Shown here: piece by piece, positions 37,355-47,322 of the stretch
Layout: every line of letters begins with the position of its first letter
Position numbering within the stretch: the stretch's first letter is position 1
Origin: a virus
Lineage: Duplodnaviria; Caudoviricetes
Length of the DNA: 64,000 nt
Reading direction: 5' to 3' (one strand)
Virus record (IMG/VR): IMGVR_UViG_2861295632_000001
Translations under genes and position numbers: made by a program
Notes under the pieces: model-generated
Databases searched by the model: none
Told to the model about the DNA's origin: nothing
What the model saw: only the letters and a program-made list of their open reading frames with translations

Positions 37355-39166
37355 GTGAGGCCCCTGACCCTCATCGGCAGCCACCACCCGGCCCGCGAGG
37401 CCTGGGTGGTCTATGTCTACCGGGCCGTCACCGAGACGGCCTACGTCGCCGAGCATGTCTGGACGCCCGAGAACCCCGGCCCGCTGGCCGAGACCTGGGC
37501 GTTTACCCACGGCCCCCTCCACGAGTGCCGCTACGGCGAACTGGGCCTGCACACCGATCCCGGCTGGCCGCCCGATACCCGGGTGGTGGTGGTCTGGGAA
37601 CAGCCCAACACCGACCTCAAGCCCGACTTCATCGGCGCGGCGGGCCTCATCCGGGGCGCGCGCTCCCCCGAGGGCGGCCGGTACACCCTGCCGCTCACCG
37701 GGCTGGGCGACGTGGACGCCCGGGGCGTCGCGGGCCGGTACACGGCCGTCGGCCCCTGGGTCCAGAACGGCCTGAGCGTGCACGGCGTCGTCCTGCTGCC
37801 TCCCAAGAAGGGGGAAACGGTCGAGGCCCATCACGCGCGCCTCCTCGAACCCTTCCCGGACGGGGGCTGGGGGGTGCGGCCCGACGGCGTGCGGGTGCTG
37901 GGGCGCCCGCTGTTCGGCCTCCCGGTCGCCATCCCGGCCGCCGAGGTCCTGGACCTCCAGGGCAGCGGGTACGAGCGCCAGGAGTACGTCACCGAGGCGC
38001 TGGCCGACCCCGGCGAGCGCTGGGCGGCCCTGACCGAGGAGAGAGCGCGCCCCACCAGCATCACGCCCCGGGTGATGGCGGCGGCGGGGACGGACAACCT
38101 GATCCTGCCGGACGTGGAGCAGGGACCCACCGTCAACTTCATCCGCATGACCCGGGGGCCGCTGGGAGGGGCGCCGGACGAGCAGTTCACCTACACCGCC
38201 GCGGACCTGGCGGCGATGGAGGCGCAGCCCTTCGGCTTCCGGTACTGGAACCTGACCCAGGACCTGCCGGACCAGGCCGCCGAGTACAGCGGGAACGATC
38301 CGCCTCCGGCCCCGGTGGCGGTCTGGGTCACCAGCGTGATCAGCCTGCCGCTGAGCGCCCTGGTGCGGCAGAGCGCGTCCAGCCGGTTCGCCGAGAACGC
38401 GGTGCGGGCGCTGCGGCGTCTGTCGTTCCCCTTCCAGGCCTACACCTTCGGGACCGGGAACAACGACCTGGCCTATCCGCCCCCCGCGCGCTACACGGTG
38501 ATCGAGGACACGGCGAGGGCCACGCAGGCCACCGCGTATTTCCGCGACTGGCTGAGCGCCACCCCGGACGGCCCGTTCGAGACCGCGGTCGAGCCGCTCA
38601 CCACCGGCACCCGCCCGCTGACCGGGGACCTGGTCAACGACGTGCGGGAGTTCCGGCTCGCGGTGCCCGAGGACCTGACCACCGAGGTTTACCTGAGCCG
38701 CAACGGGGGCCAGTACCACTACCTGCTGCAGGTGTGGATCGAGTTGCGTGCCCGGCGGCTGGTGGCGAAGAAGAACCCGGCGAGCACCGTCACGACCGAC
38801 CCGCTGTACCTGGCGCGCTACGACCCGTCCGGCCGCGCCACGCTGTCGGTGGGCCTGCCCAGGATGCTGATCGACACCCTGCGGGACACCATTCCGGAGG
38901 ACAACCTGCCCGCCGGATGGGACGCGCCGACCTACTCGCCCCCGACCTTCCAGGGCAAGGTGCCGGGGCGGCTGATCGCCCCGGCGAAGGTGACGGGTCT
39001 GCGCTTTCCGGACGGCAGCCTGAACGACCAGTTCGTGAGTGAGCTGCGGCGGGAGCGGACGGCGGACAGCTACCACACGGTCGTGCAGATCGGGGCGCGG
39101 CAGACCCGCAGCCTGACCCCGGCGGAGAAGAAGCTGAAGGTCGCGCAGGAAGGTGAGGCCTGGTGA
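37355..39166 (+). CDS. minor tail/hub protein (putative)
   Basis: First ORF after the tape measure; synteny; start may be CTG 37364. Confidence 0.65.
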   Translation: MRPLTLIGSHHPAREAWVVYVYRAVTETAYVAEHVWTPENPGPLAETWAFTHGPLHECRYGELGLHTDPGWPPDTRVVVVWEQPNTDLKPDFIGAAGLIRGARSPEGGRYTLPLTGLGDVDARGVAGRYTAVGPWVQNGLSVHGVVLLPPKKGETVEAHHARLLEPFPDGGWGVRPDGVRVLGRPLFGLPVAIPAAEVLDLQGSGYERQEYVTEALADPGERWAALTEERARPTSITPRVMAAAGTDNLILPDVEQGPTVNFIRMTRGPLGGAPDEQFTYTAADLAAMEAQPFGFRYWNLTQDLPDQAAEYSGNDPPPAPVAVWVTSVISLPLSALVRQSASSRFAENAVRALRRLSFPFQAYTFGTGNNDLAYPPPARYTVIEDTARATQATAYFRDWLSATPDGPFETAVEPLTTGTRPLTGDLVNDVREFRLAVPEDLTTEVYLSRNGGQYHYLLQVWIELRARRLVAKKNPASTVTTDPLYLARYDPSGRATLSVGLPRMLIDTLRDTIPEDNLPAGWDAPTYSPPTFQGKVPGRLIAPAKVTGLRFPDGSLNDQFVSELRRERTADSYHTVVQIGARQTRSLTPAEKKLKVAQEGEAW

Positions 39167-39594
39167 GCCTGGTCCGCATTCATTTCCGTCAGGCAGGCCT
39201 GCTGGCGGGTGAGACCAAACCCTGGCTGGGAGACGACCTGCGGGACTACGACGCCCCGTTTGACCTGGAGTCACCTCCGGTCGGCGGGGCGCGTGCGGCC
39301 GACTCCCGGATCGTGGCGCACACGGGTGACAACCTGCCCACCGTCTACGCCTACACCGCGACCGGGCACCTGCACGCCACCAGCCCCGAGGCATTGCAGA
39401 CCCTCTACTTCAAGGTCAAACGCCAGCTGCGGCATGCCGACGAGATCTGGCGGGGCGACCGCTACCTCAAGATCGCGGGCGCTACCCTCGGCGGCCGTGA
39501 GCCTCTACGCGGGCAGTGCGTGGTCCCCGCGCCCATCGTGTGCCGGGTCGTGGACCTGCGCTGGTACGACAAACTACGGAGGCCGCTGGAATGA
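39163..39594 (+). CDS. minor tail protein (distal-tail-like, putative)
   Basis: Coupled on both sides; synteny. Confidence 0.55.
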   Translation: MSLVRIHFRQAGLLAGETKPWLGDDLRDYDAPFDLESPPVGGARAADSRIVAHTGDNLPTVYAYTATGHLHATSPEALQTLYFKVKRQLRHADEIWRGDRYLKIAGATLGGREPLRGQCVVPAPIVCRVVDLRWYDKLRRPLE

Positions 39595-41321
39595 GCCTGT
39601 TGAAACTGGACCCGGCCTTCCGCGTGTTGCTCCCCGAGGGGGCGAACGGCGGGACCGGCGAGATCGAGTACGACCGCCCCTACCGGCTGCCCGCCATGAT
39701 CGCCGGGGCCAGTAGCGCCTTCAAGATCAGCATTCTCGACCCCAACAACCCCCGACTGGGCAAGATCGTCTCGCTGGCGGGCGGCGACGTCTCCCTGCTG
39801 GGAGCGAAAAACGGGGAGGCCGAACCGCCCTACGTCACGGTGCGAATCTACCCGGAGTTTCCGGTGGCCGCCGGGCAGCCGGTGGCGCAGGGGGAGCCCA
39901 TCGAGTTCCGGGGCAGGCCGCACGAGTTCCCGGCAGGCAGCGGCCTGTGGGATCTGGCCGATCTGGGGAGCGATAACCGCCCGGTGCTCACCACGCCGGA
40001 GCAGAAGGCGTCCCTCGTCGAGGCCCTGGCGGCGAGCGAGACCATCATCGAGCGCTATGACGCCTCCACCGTGGAACTGGCGGCAGAACGCGGCAGGATC
40101 AACGCCCTCAAGCTCGACCTTCAGATCAGTGCCGCCGGTCTCCAGGGCCTGAAGGTCCGCACCCTCCAGAACGCCACCCCGGCCGCCACGGCCGTCCGGC
40201 GGCTGGTCTGGGGCCTGCGCAGCCGCAACTTCAAGCTCCCCCTCTGGGTGGACGACCTCGGCCACACCCACATCACCGTCGCCCGCATCAAGGACCTGAT
40301 CCTTTCCGGCGCACTGAGCATCCCCTCGCTGCTCACCGGACGGGTCCAGGCCACCGAGCTGGAGGCCAGCCGCCTGGAATTGCCCAGCCTGACCGTCAAG
40401 CCCGCGCCCGCCTCCTCGGGCATCGTGCAGGGCTGGACCAGCAAGAACGGCAAGAAGATCGCCTGGATCGACCCCTCGGGCGTCTTTCACATCCGCAAGC
40501 TCGGCCCGGGCGTCACCGGCTACGCGGTCTGGGGCGGCACCCTCGCCTCCCAGCTCGCCCCGGCCCTGCCCCTGGCCGGAGTGGTCAACCTGGGCATCGC
40601 CGGGCAGACCTCCGCCGACGTGGCCGCGAGGTGGGGCGCGCTGGACCGCGCCGCCACCTTCAAGGCCACCGGTCTCTCCAGCGGCGTCTACACCCTCACC
40701 CTGCTCGACAGCGACCGCAGTCCGCTCTACAGCGCCATGCCGCAGACCCAGACCGGACGGCTGGGCGGCGTGCGGGGAACGCTCCGGCGCGGCAGCAGCG
40801 GCCAGACGGGGCTGAACGTCAACCGCGCGGCCTACTACGGCTTCGTGCCCGACGCAGGTGCGGCGCTGGAACTCAACCTTGCCCACGCCTGGGTCCCTGA
40901 CAACCCCCACCGGCCCCGGAACACCATCCTCGCCGTCGGGCGCAGCGACCTCACCGGCACCGGGGACCGCCGGGTGCTCGACGGCCGCATGGTCGCGCAG
41001 AACGTCCGGACCATCCTGGTCAGCCTCAGCGGACGGCACGAGCGGTTTCTGGTTCTGGGCCTCTACAACACCAGCACCGAGACCTACGGCGCCGGACTGG
41101 AGGAGATCACGCAGGTCAACGCGGGGATCGCCTCGGTCGCGGGACCGGGGTATGTGGACGCCCGGGCGGCCCTGTGCCGCAACGCCGACGGGAGCTGGCG
41201 CACCGACGGCACTCCCGACCCCGCCTATCTGGAGGCGGACGGCCTCACCCTCAACGCGGCCGGGCTTGCGCGCCTCGCCGCCCACGTCGCTGCCGCCGCG
41301 CAGGAAAGAGGTATGAGCTGA
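39591..41321 (+). CDS. tail protein with degenerate SGNH/GDSL-hydrolase-like C-terminal domain
   Basis: ATG 39591 (ATGA overlap); VVNLGIAGQTS block II; blocks I/III/V read WGGTL, GRSD, DGLTLN. Confidence 0.7.
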   Translation: MSLLKLDPAFRVLLPEGANGGTGEIEYDRPYRLPAMIAGASSAFKISILDPNNPRLGKIVSLAGGDVSLLGAKNGEAEPPYVTVRIYPEFPVAAGQPVAQGEPIEFRGRPHEFPAGSGLWDLADLGSDNRPVLTTPEQKASLVEALAASETIIERYDASTVELAAERGRINALKLDLQISAAGLQGLKVRTLQNATPAATAVRRLVWGLRSRNFKLPLWVDDLGHTHITVARIKDLILSGALSIPSLLTGRVQATELEASRLELPSLTVKPAPASSGIVQGWTSKNGKKIAWIDPSGVFHIRKLGPGVTGYAVWGGTLASQLAPALPLAGVVNLGIAGQTSADVAARWGALDRAATFKATGLSSGVYTLTLLDSDRSPLYSAMPQTQTGRLGGVRGTLRRGSSGQTGLNVNRAAYYGFVPDAGAALELNLAHAWVPDNPHRPRNTILAVGRSDLTGTGDRRVLDGRMVAQNVRTILVSLSGRHERFLVLGLYNTSTETYGAGLEEITQVNAGIASVAGPGYVDARAALCRNADGSWRTDGTPDPAYLEADGLTLNAAGLARLAAHVAAAAQERGMS

Positions 41322-42193
41322 TGACGCTGTTTCAACTGGACGACCTGATCCTGGACGATTCGTTCGAGACCCTGCTGCTCGACCCGCTGGACGCGCCGGG
41401 GATGGTGCTGCTGCTGGACGCGCCCAACCTGGACTCTTTCCCGGCGCAGCGGATCGGCTGGATCGGCGGCCCCAGCCCCACGCGCACGCACAACCTCTCG
41501 CTCCAGACGGGCGCGGTGCCGCGCGAGGACCCCAACTGGGACGGCATGTTCTGGGGCAACGACACCGCGAACGGCATGGTCTACGAGAACCGGGGGTGGA
41601 AGTTCCAACGGCCCAGCGGCAACACCGTCACCAATTACCTCGCCGCCACGGGAAACGGGAGCATCACGCCCCAAATCGCTACGACCCACTTTCTGCTGAT
41701 CGCGTGGGCCAGAATCGGCGCCACGGGCCTCTCGGTGCCGCTGCTAGGGTCTGCCGGAGACGACCTCACTACGGACGTTCGCAACAGCTTTGCCCTGTAC
41801 CTCCACCACAAGGCCAGCAGCGCCACCAGCCCCGGGTTTTTCCGCATCTGGGATCAGAACGGGGCGCGCGTGGACTCCGGCTTCAGCGGCAACCTGGGGC
41901 TGGAGATCGGCCAGCTCGTGCAACTCGGGGTCCACGTCGTCTACGGCACGCCGGGCAACGCCACCAAGCTGCACATGTACGTCAACGGGGCGTTCACCCG
42001 GACGGGTGAGGTGGGCGGCATGACGGCCATGCGGAGCAACAACGCGCCGCTGTGGGTCGGCGCGTCGGGCGCCAACAACCAGGGCGCCGTGACCGCTCAC
42101 CGCCTGCTGGTCCAGCGCGGCTTTTCCTCCACCGCCCAGGCGGCCGGGATCGTCTCGCGCGATTACCAGCTCAACCTCGCGCGGTACCAGTAA
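41321..42193 (+). CDS. LamG/concanavalin-like tail protein
   Basis: TGATG coupling; IAWAR, LHMYVNG, PLWVGA. Confidence 0.65.
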   Translation: MTLFQLDDLILDDSFETLLLDPLDAPGMVLLLDAPNLDSFPAQRIGWIGGPSPTRTHNLSLQTGAVPREDPNWDGMFWGNDTANGMVYENRGWKFQRPSGNTVTNYLAATGNGSITPQIATTHFLLIAWARIGATGLSVPLLGSAGDDLTTDVRNSFALYLHHKASSATSPGFFRIWDQNGARVDSGFSGNLGLEIGQLVQLGVHVVYGTPGNATKLHMYVNGAFTRTGEVGGMTAMRSNNAPLWVGASGANNQGAVTAHRLLVQRGFSSTAQAAGIVSRDYQLNLARYQ

Positions 42194-42202
42194 GGGGGCA
42201 GC

Positions 42203-43435
42203 ATGAGCAACATCGAAGTCATCGGGGGCAAGCTGCTGGTGCGGCTGCCCAACGGCCAGCACGCCCGGGTGTCCATCATCCCCCAGGACTCCTCGCCGGA
42301 ACTGGCCGCCGACGCCGCCGCGACGGGCGCCACGGCCTCCTCGGAGCCGCGCGGCACCGGGGGCACCAAGGGCCGGGTGACCAGCCGCACGCCCCTGACC
42401 GGCACCCGGACGGACCTGCTGCCCTCCTCCCCGCTGGAAATGTGGGACCGCGACCGCCTGGCCGTCATCGACCTCGACAACCGGGTGTGCGGTCCCGGCG
42501 ACACCGCGCGGATGACCGGGTTGATCCCGGCGGGGCGCCAGTTCTACGTGGACATTCCGGCCAGCGCCACCGCCCCCAATCTCACGGCCATCCCGATTCC
42601 CGCGCCCGCAGGCTTCCCCGGCTCGACCATCCACAACAAAGACCGCCCCTTCCTGATCGTGGGCGAGAGTTTCGAGTTCGCGGGCGAGGTGTTCCTCAAG
42701 GTCTACGACGACCTCACCGTCCAGGTCAGCACCGTGGAGGGCGTCTACACCTGGACGCTGGACCTGCTGACCCCCCCGCTCGGGGAGGACCTCAGCGTGC
42801 CTGGCCCGAACCAGAAGTTCGAGCGCCTCTGGAACTTCGCGGACGCCGCCAACGCCAACGCGGGCGCGCGCGTGTTCGCCCGCACCACCGGCATCGTGAA
42901 CCGCCCGGGCACCGGCCTGGTGGCGATGACCCTGGTGGACTACTCCACGGGACGCTTCGTGTACGGCCCCATGAACCTGCCCGACGCCCCGAAAAGCCAG
43001 GGCCTGGTGGTGATCGAGGCCAGCGACTACGCGCGCGGGCCCGGCCTGGCCCACCGTGCCAAGCTCGCGGGCGCCAACCTGCCTGACCGCAACGGCTACG
43101 TCGCCCGCGCGCTGGCGACCGCAGACGGCATCTTGCAGTCGGTCGGGGGCACCATCACTTTTCCCCTCAACCAGTCGGGCAAGAGCTATTCGGGCACCAT
43201 GATCCTCAAGACCGACATCGAAGGAAGCACATTCCGGTACAAGGTCTGGCCCTACGACCGCACGAAGGCGTTGGCCGACCAGGGGCAGAACGAACCCCTC
43301 GGCTGGACCGGGACGTATGTGGACGCGAGCGCGCTCACGACCGGTCGGTTCGGCTTCTACTCGGGCGGCAACCTGAGCTACCACGTCCTCTGGGCGCGCT
43401 ACTCGACCGGCAACGTGACCTTCGAGGGGGCTTGA
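42203..43435 (+). CDS. tail-associated protein, lectin-like C-terminus
   Basis: Synteny; FRYKVW...W....D..LTTGRFG. Confidence 0.6.
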   Translation: MSNIEVIGGKLLVRLPNGQHARVSIIPQDSSPELAADAAATGATASSEPRGTGGTKGRVTSRTPLTGTRTDLLPSSPLEMWDRDRLAVIDLDNRVCGPGDTARMTGLIPAGRQFYVDIPASATAPNLTAIPIPAPAGFPGSTIHNKDRPFLIVGESFEFAGEVFLKVYDDLTVQVSTVEGVYTWTLDLLTPPLGEDLSVPGPNQKFERLWNFADAANANAGARVFARTTGIVNRPGTGLVAMTLVDYSTGRFVYGPMNLPDAPKSQGLVVIEASDYARGPGLAHRAKLAGANLPDRNGYVARALATADGILQSVGGTITFPLNQSGKSYSGTMILKTDIEGSTFRYKVWPYDRTKALADQGQNEPLGWTGTYVDASALTTGRFGFYSGGNLSYHVLWARYSTGNVTFEGA

Positions 43436-43438
43436 GCC

Positions 43439-45025
43439 GTGGCGGACGAACTGCTATTCCTCACGCTGCACCCCACGCTGGGCATCAAGGTCAAGCGTCC
43501 GGCGGCCGACATCGTGGCGCTGGGACTGGGCTACTACCGGCTGACCGGGGACCCCGCCACCTTCACGTACGAGCGCGAATGGGTGCCTCCAGCGGGCACC
43601 CCGGCGGCAAACCCCGCCGATGACGCGGCGGCCGAGAAGTACCGCCCTCGGGGTGGCCGCCTGCCGCTGGGGACCAGGCCCGCGCCGATTGTGGTGGTGC
43701 CGCCGGCTCCGACCGAGCGCGCCGTGCGCGAGCGCGACCCGAGCAAGATTCCGTGGGGCGTGGCGGTGGATGTTCCCGATCAGCCGTTCTCCGGCATGGA
43801 CCCGCGCATCAAGTTCCTCACGGATGGGTCCGTGGAACTCATCGGGAACTTCCGTCAGCCCAACGCAGACCGTCCCGCCGTCCGAGTGAACACGGGCCGC
43901 AAAGTCCGCATCCGCCGCAGCAACCTCCTTGGGTACGGCAGGGAAGGCGGCGGCGCTCACGTCATCCGTCACGGGGCACGTCTCGATCTGGAGAACGTGA
44001 TTCTCTTTTCCGGCAACCCCAATGTGGACGGGCATTATCCAGGCCGCTCGGTCGCGGTCGAGGGCTTCATTGACTACCGCGAGCTGCATTGTGAGCACTA
44101 CGGGACGGGTGGCGTCTACCTGCAAGGTTGGAGAGGGAGCAACGCCGCTGGGGAGGGCTTTTACCAGGGCTACTCGTACTTCCACAACATTGACGGTCGC
44201 AAGTCGGCAGGCCCCGGACTCTGGCGCAGCTCTGCCGTGGTGGATACCGGGTTCAAGGTCGCCAACCAATTCCAGCTCGCCCAGTGTTACGGGATGAAGC
44301 ACAGTCTGGCTGAGTACACCGAACTGTGGGTGGATGTGAACGGGGGGTACGTCGAGGACGCGGGCAGCTACTACCAAAGCTCGGGCTTTGAGGTCGGCGG
44401 CATTGGACATGGGCACGTCTGGCGAGAGTTCATGGTGCGCGGTTGCTGGGCTTACGACCCGTTCTATGACGGGACTCAGTACACCTTCTGCGGCGTGCCC
44501 TACTCGGGTGGTGGCGGCCTCGCGGGTGACGCGCTGTTCGCTTCTCCCACCGGGACAGCGCTCCCCAGCTTCATCACCTTCGAGGATTACCTCGTCACGG
44601 CAGGCGCGAACTACGCGACGGGCATCGGCGCAGGACACGACAACACTCTGCGTCGGGGCAAGGTCATCCGCAGTGGCTACGTCGCCGCACCGCTGAGGGC
44701 AGACGGCAAATCGCGCATCGGGCGCAACCACCTCGCGCTCCAGATCAGCGACTACACGAACTGGGTGGGCAACCCCTCGTATTGGTACAACAACCACGCT
44801 GAGGACATGTATTTGCAGTACACCGCCATCACGTCGGACGGTAAAACCGTCATGGGCAACGGCTATGACGTGGCGACAGGTGAGCGGGAGCCAGGCAAGA
44901 AGCACACTGAACTGCGGGTGACGCGCGTGAACACCCCCGCCACGCTGGAGGACGAGGCTGCTGCCGAGGCCGAGATGCGCGAGCGCTGGAAGGCGGCGGG
45001 CGTGGTCATCGGTTGCGTGAAGTAA
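43439..45025 (+). CDS. putative right-handed beta-helix tailspike/depolymerase
   Basis: Gly/Asn/aromatic-rich repeating beta pattern (e.g. NYATGIGAGHDNTLR); GC lower after ~43740. Confidence 0.6.
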   Translation: MADELLFLTLHPTLGIKVKRPAADIVALGLGYYRLTGDPATFTYEREWVPPAGTPAANPADDAAAEKYRPRGGRLPLGTRPAPIVVVPPAPTERAVRERDPSKIPWGVAVDVPDQPFSGMDPRIKFLTDGSVELIGNFRQPNADRPAVRVNTGRKVRIRRSNLLGYGREGGGAHVIRHGARLDLENVILFSGNPNVDGHYPGRSVAVEGFIDYRELHCEHYGTGGVYLQGWRGSNAAGEGFYQGYSYFHNIDGRKSAGPGLWRSSAVVDTGFKVANQFQLAQCYGMKHSLAEYTELWVDVNGGYVEDAGSYYQSSGFEVGGIGHGHVWREFMVRGCWAYDPFYDGTQYTFCGVPYSGGGGLAGDALFASPTGTALPSFITFEDYLVTAGANYATGIGAGHDNTLRRGKVIRSGYVAAPLRADGKSRIGRNHLALQISDYTNWVGNPSYWYNNHAEDMYLQYTAITSDGKTVMGNGYDVATGEREPGKKHTELRVTRVNTPATLEDEAAAEAEMRERWKAAGVVIGCVK

Positions 45026-45187
45026 ACCTGCTCCACCCCCCAGCCCGCCCAGGCCCCGGCCCTGAGGCGGGACACTTTCATTCCTGCCGGGAGAGGAGGC
45101 CCATGCGCCCAACTCGTCTTCTCCGGGCCGCCCCATCCACCGGGGCGGCCCCCCTGCCCAGTACGGCGCGCCCCCGGGCGCACGGCT

Positions 45188-45523
45188 GTGGCTAACCTCG
45201 CCTTGCTGCTCGGCGCCCTGCTGCTCGCGGCGCCCCCAACCGTCTCTCCCCCCGCTCCGGTCTGCCGGGCGCAGGTCACCGCCCGCCCCAGCACCTTCCC
45301 CTGGCTGGGCCGCATCGTCGTCGTCACCCCCCGGGCCGACTGCCCCAAGAGCGGCGTCCTCAAATTCCGCTTCCGTTCCCCCACCGGGACCCAGCCCGAC
45401 GCCCCTCCCGGCTTCTTCACCCTGAAACGCGGGCAGAAACTCACCCGCCGGGTCCCCGCCAGGTGGTGGGTCGAAGAGCTTGACCGCGGCCGCTGGCAGC
45501 GCGTGCCGGAAAGGAGACCGTGA
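45188..45523 (+). CDS. small secreted protein
   Basis: Hydrophobic N-terminal signal-like segment; two Cys. Confidence 0.55.
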   Translation: MANLALLLGALLLAAPPTVSPPAPVCRAQVTARPSTFPWLGRIVVVTPRADCPKSGVLKFRFRSPTGTQPDAPPGFFTLKRGQKLTRRVPARWWVEELDRGRWQRVPERRP

Positions 45524-45999
45524 TGGAAAAAGCCCTGGTCATCATGGTCGCCACGGCGCTCACGGCCAGCGAGGCCAGCAGCAGCGGCCTCCCGCTCTCA
45601 CAGGCCGAGGCCTGGCAGCTGCTGTTCGTGTTCCTTGCCGCGCTCGCCACCTCCCTCAGCAACGAGGCCGCCAAGCGCCGCGAGGGGGACGGCTTCGTGC
45701 TGATGCGCTTCTGGGGTGACGTGGGCCTGGGCGTCATGGCGGGCATCTGCGTGCCCCTGCTGATCACGGCGGTATTCGAGCATTTCAGCTCCAGCACCGC
45801 CGACTGGCGGGCCAGCATCGGCCTGAGCATCCTGGGCGCCTACATCGGCCGGGACGCGCTGGGCGCGCTCTGGAACGGTCTGCTGAGCCTGGGGCAGCTG
45901 GCAGCCAAGCTCAAGGGGATCAACGTCTCGTTCACGCCGCCCAAGCCGCCGGACGATGAAGCCCCGAAAGAAGGGGGTGGACCGGATGCGAAGCCTTGA
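45520..45999 (+). CDS. holin-like membrane protein
   Basis: 3-4 hydrophobic segments, charged C-terminus, upstream of the endolysin. Confidence 0.65.
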   Translation: MMEKALVIMVATALTASEASSSGLPLSQAEAWQLLFVFLAALATSLSNEAAKRREGDGFVLMRFWGDVGLGVMAGICVPLLITAVFEHFSSSTADWRASIGLSILGAYIGRDALGALWNGLLSLGQLAAKLKGINVSFTPPKPPDDEAPKEGGGPDAKP

Positions 46000-46510
46000 C
46001 CGCCTGGCCCGCTGGCTGCGCTGGTGCGACCGGGTCCTGGGCCGCCTGGTGACCGTGGGGGCGCTGTACGCGCTGATCGTCTTCGCCTACACCTACAGCG
46101 CGGTGCTGGCCGACGTGGGGGACACCGTGATCGGGCCGCCCATCGTGCAGGAGGCGCTGCGGGCCATCATCGTCATCCACGTCGCGCGGGCTTTTGCCAA
46201 GCGCTGGCGGGAATTCACGCTACCGCAGCGGCTGTGCTGGGCGCTGCTGGGGGTCGGGATGGCGCTCAACCTGGCCCGCAGCCATTTCGGGGGCGTGCCC
46301 CTCACGCTGTCCTACGCCCTGGTGCACCTCGCGCTGGTCGGCATCACCTGGCGGCTGATGGCCGCCACCCGCCGCGAGGTGGTGCTCGCCCGCGACAACG
46401 CCCGCCTGCGTCAGGAGGCCCAGGCGGCGGACGCCCGCGCCCGGGTGGCCGAGGCGCGGACAGCCGAGTTAGAGGCCGCGCTCACCACCCGTTCCCGGAG
46501 GACCTCATGA
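45986..46510 (+). CDS. multi-pass membrane protein with C-terminal coiled coil (lysis cassette)
   Basis: GGGGTG SD then ATG 45986; ~4 TM segments; ATGA-coupled to the endolysin. Confidence 0.65.
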   Translation: MRSLDRLARWLRWCDRVLGRLVTVGALYALIVFAYTYSAVLADVGDTVIGPPIVQEALRAIIVIHVARAFAKRWREFTLPQRLCWALLGVGMALNLARSHFGGVPLTLSYALVHLALVGITWRLMAATRREVVLARDNARLRQEAQAADARARVAEARTAELEAALTTRSRRTS

Positions 46511-47250
46511 GTTTTGATTTTGCCCAAGCCATCAAGACCCGCCCCAGGGGGGACCTGACCGCCCAGCTGATCGAGGCCTACGGCAACCCCAAGGGACCCG
46601 GCTGCATCGAGCGGGGTGGCGGGGTGTTCGAGCCGTCGCCCGCCTGGATACGCGACCACATCGTCGACATTCAGGTCAAAGACCTGCCGGGCTTCCCGCC
46701 CTACCCGGGCAAGACGGTCACGCGCATCCGGGTTCACCGCCGCATCGAGGGGGTCGTGCGCGCGACTTTCGACGAGCTGGAACGCCGGGGCCTGAGCGGC
46801 AAGCTCCGTACCTTCGACGGCGCGCTGCACGGCCGCCACATGGGCCACGACGTGCGCCGCCCGCTGAGCACCCACGCCTTCGGCATCGCGCTGGACTTCG
46901 ACGCCCAGTGGAACGGGTACGGCGTGCCGCTCTCCCGGATGGAGATCAACCGCGAGGTGGTCCGCTGTTTCGAGGAGTGTGGCTGGCACTGGGGCGGCCG
47001 CTGGACGGACCCCTACGAGGACGGGATGCACGTCCAGTGGACTGATCCGCTGGAGCGGGTGGCCGTGCCCGAGTGGCAGGACGCGCTGGCGGGGGGTAGG
47101 CCCGCGCCGGTGGTGCCCCCGCCTCCCAAGCCCGTGTTCCTGATCCCAGACGGGAAGGGCCACTGGATGGACATCGCAGGCCAGAAGACTGAAGGCCTGC
47201 ACCTGCGGGTGGTCAACGCCACAGACCCCTACCGGATCTGGGGACGCTGA
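46507..47250 (+). CDS. endolysin, M15-family Zn peptidase
   Basis: LSTHAFGIALD, WGGRW, DGMHVQ; GGAGG SD then ATG 46507. Confidence 0.9.
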   Translation: MSFDFAQAIKTRPRGDLTAQLIEAYGNPKGPGCIERGGGVFEPSPAWIRDHIVDIQVKDLPGFPPYPGKTVTRIRVHRRIEGVVRATFDELERRGLSGKLRTFDGALHGRHMGHDVRRPLSTHAFGIALDFDAQWNGYGVPLSRMEINREVVRCFEECGWHWGGRWTDPYEDGMHVQWTDPLERVAVPEWQDALAGGRPAPVVPPPPKPVFLIPDGKGHWMDIAGQKTEGLHLRVVNATDPYRIWGR

Positions 47251-47269
47251 CTCCCCACCCCTGACCCCA

Positions 47270-47307
47270 GGCGGCCACCTCCAGCGCGAGGTGGCCGCCA
47301 CCTTTTT
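47270..47307 (+). terminator. intrinsic terminator
   Basis: 12-bp stem GGCGGCCACCTC/GAGGTGGCCGCC then T-tract. Confidence 0.7.
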
Positions 47308-47322
47308 CGCCGGGAGGAAACG

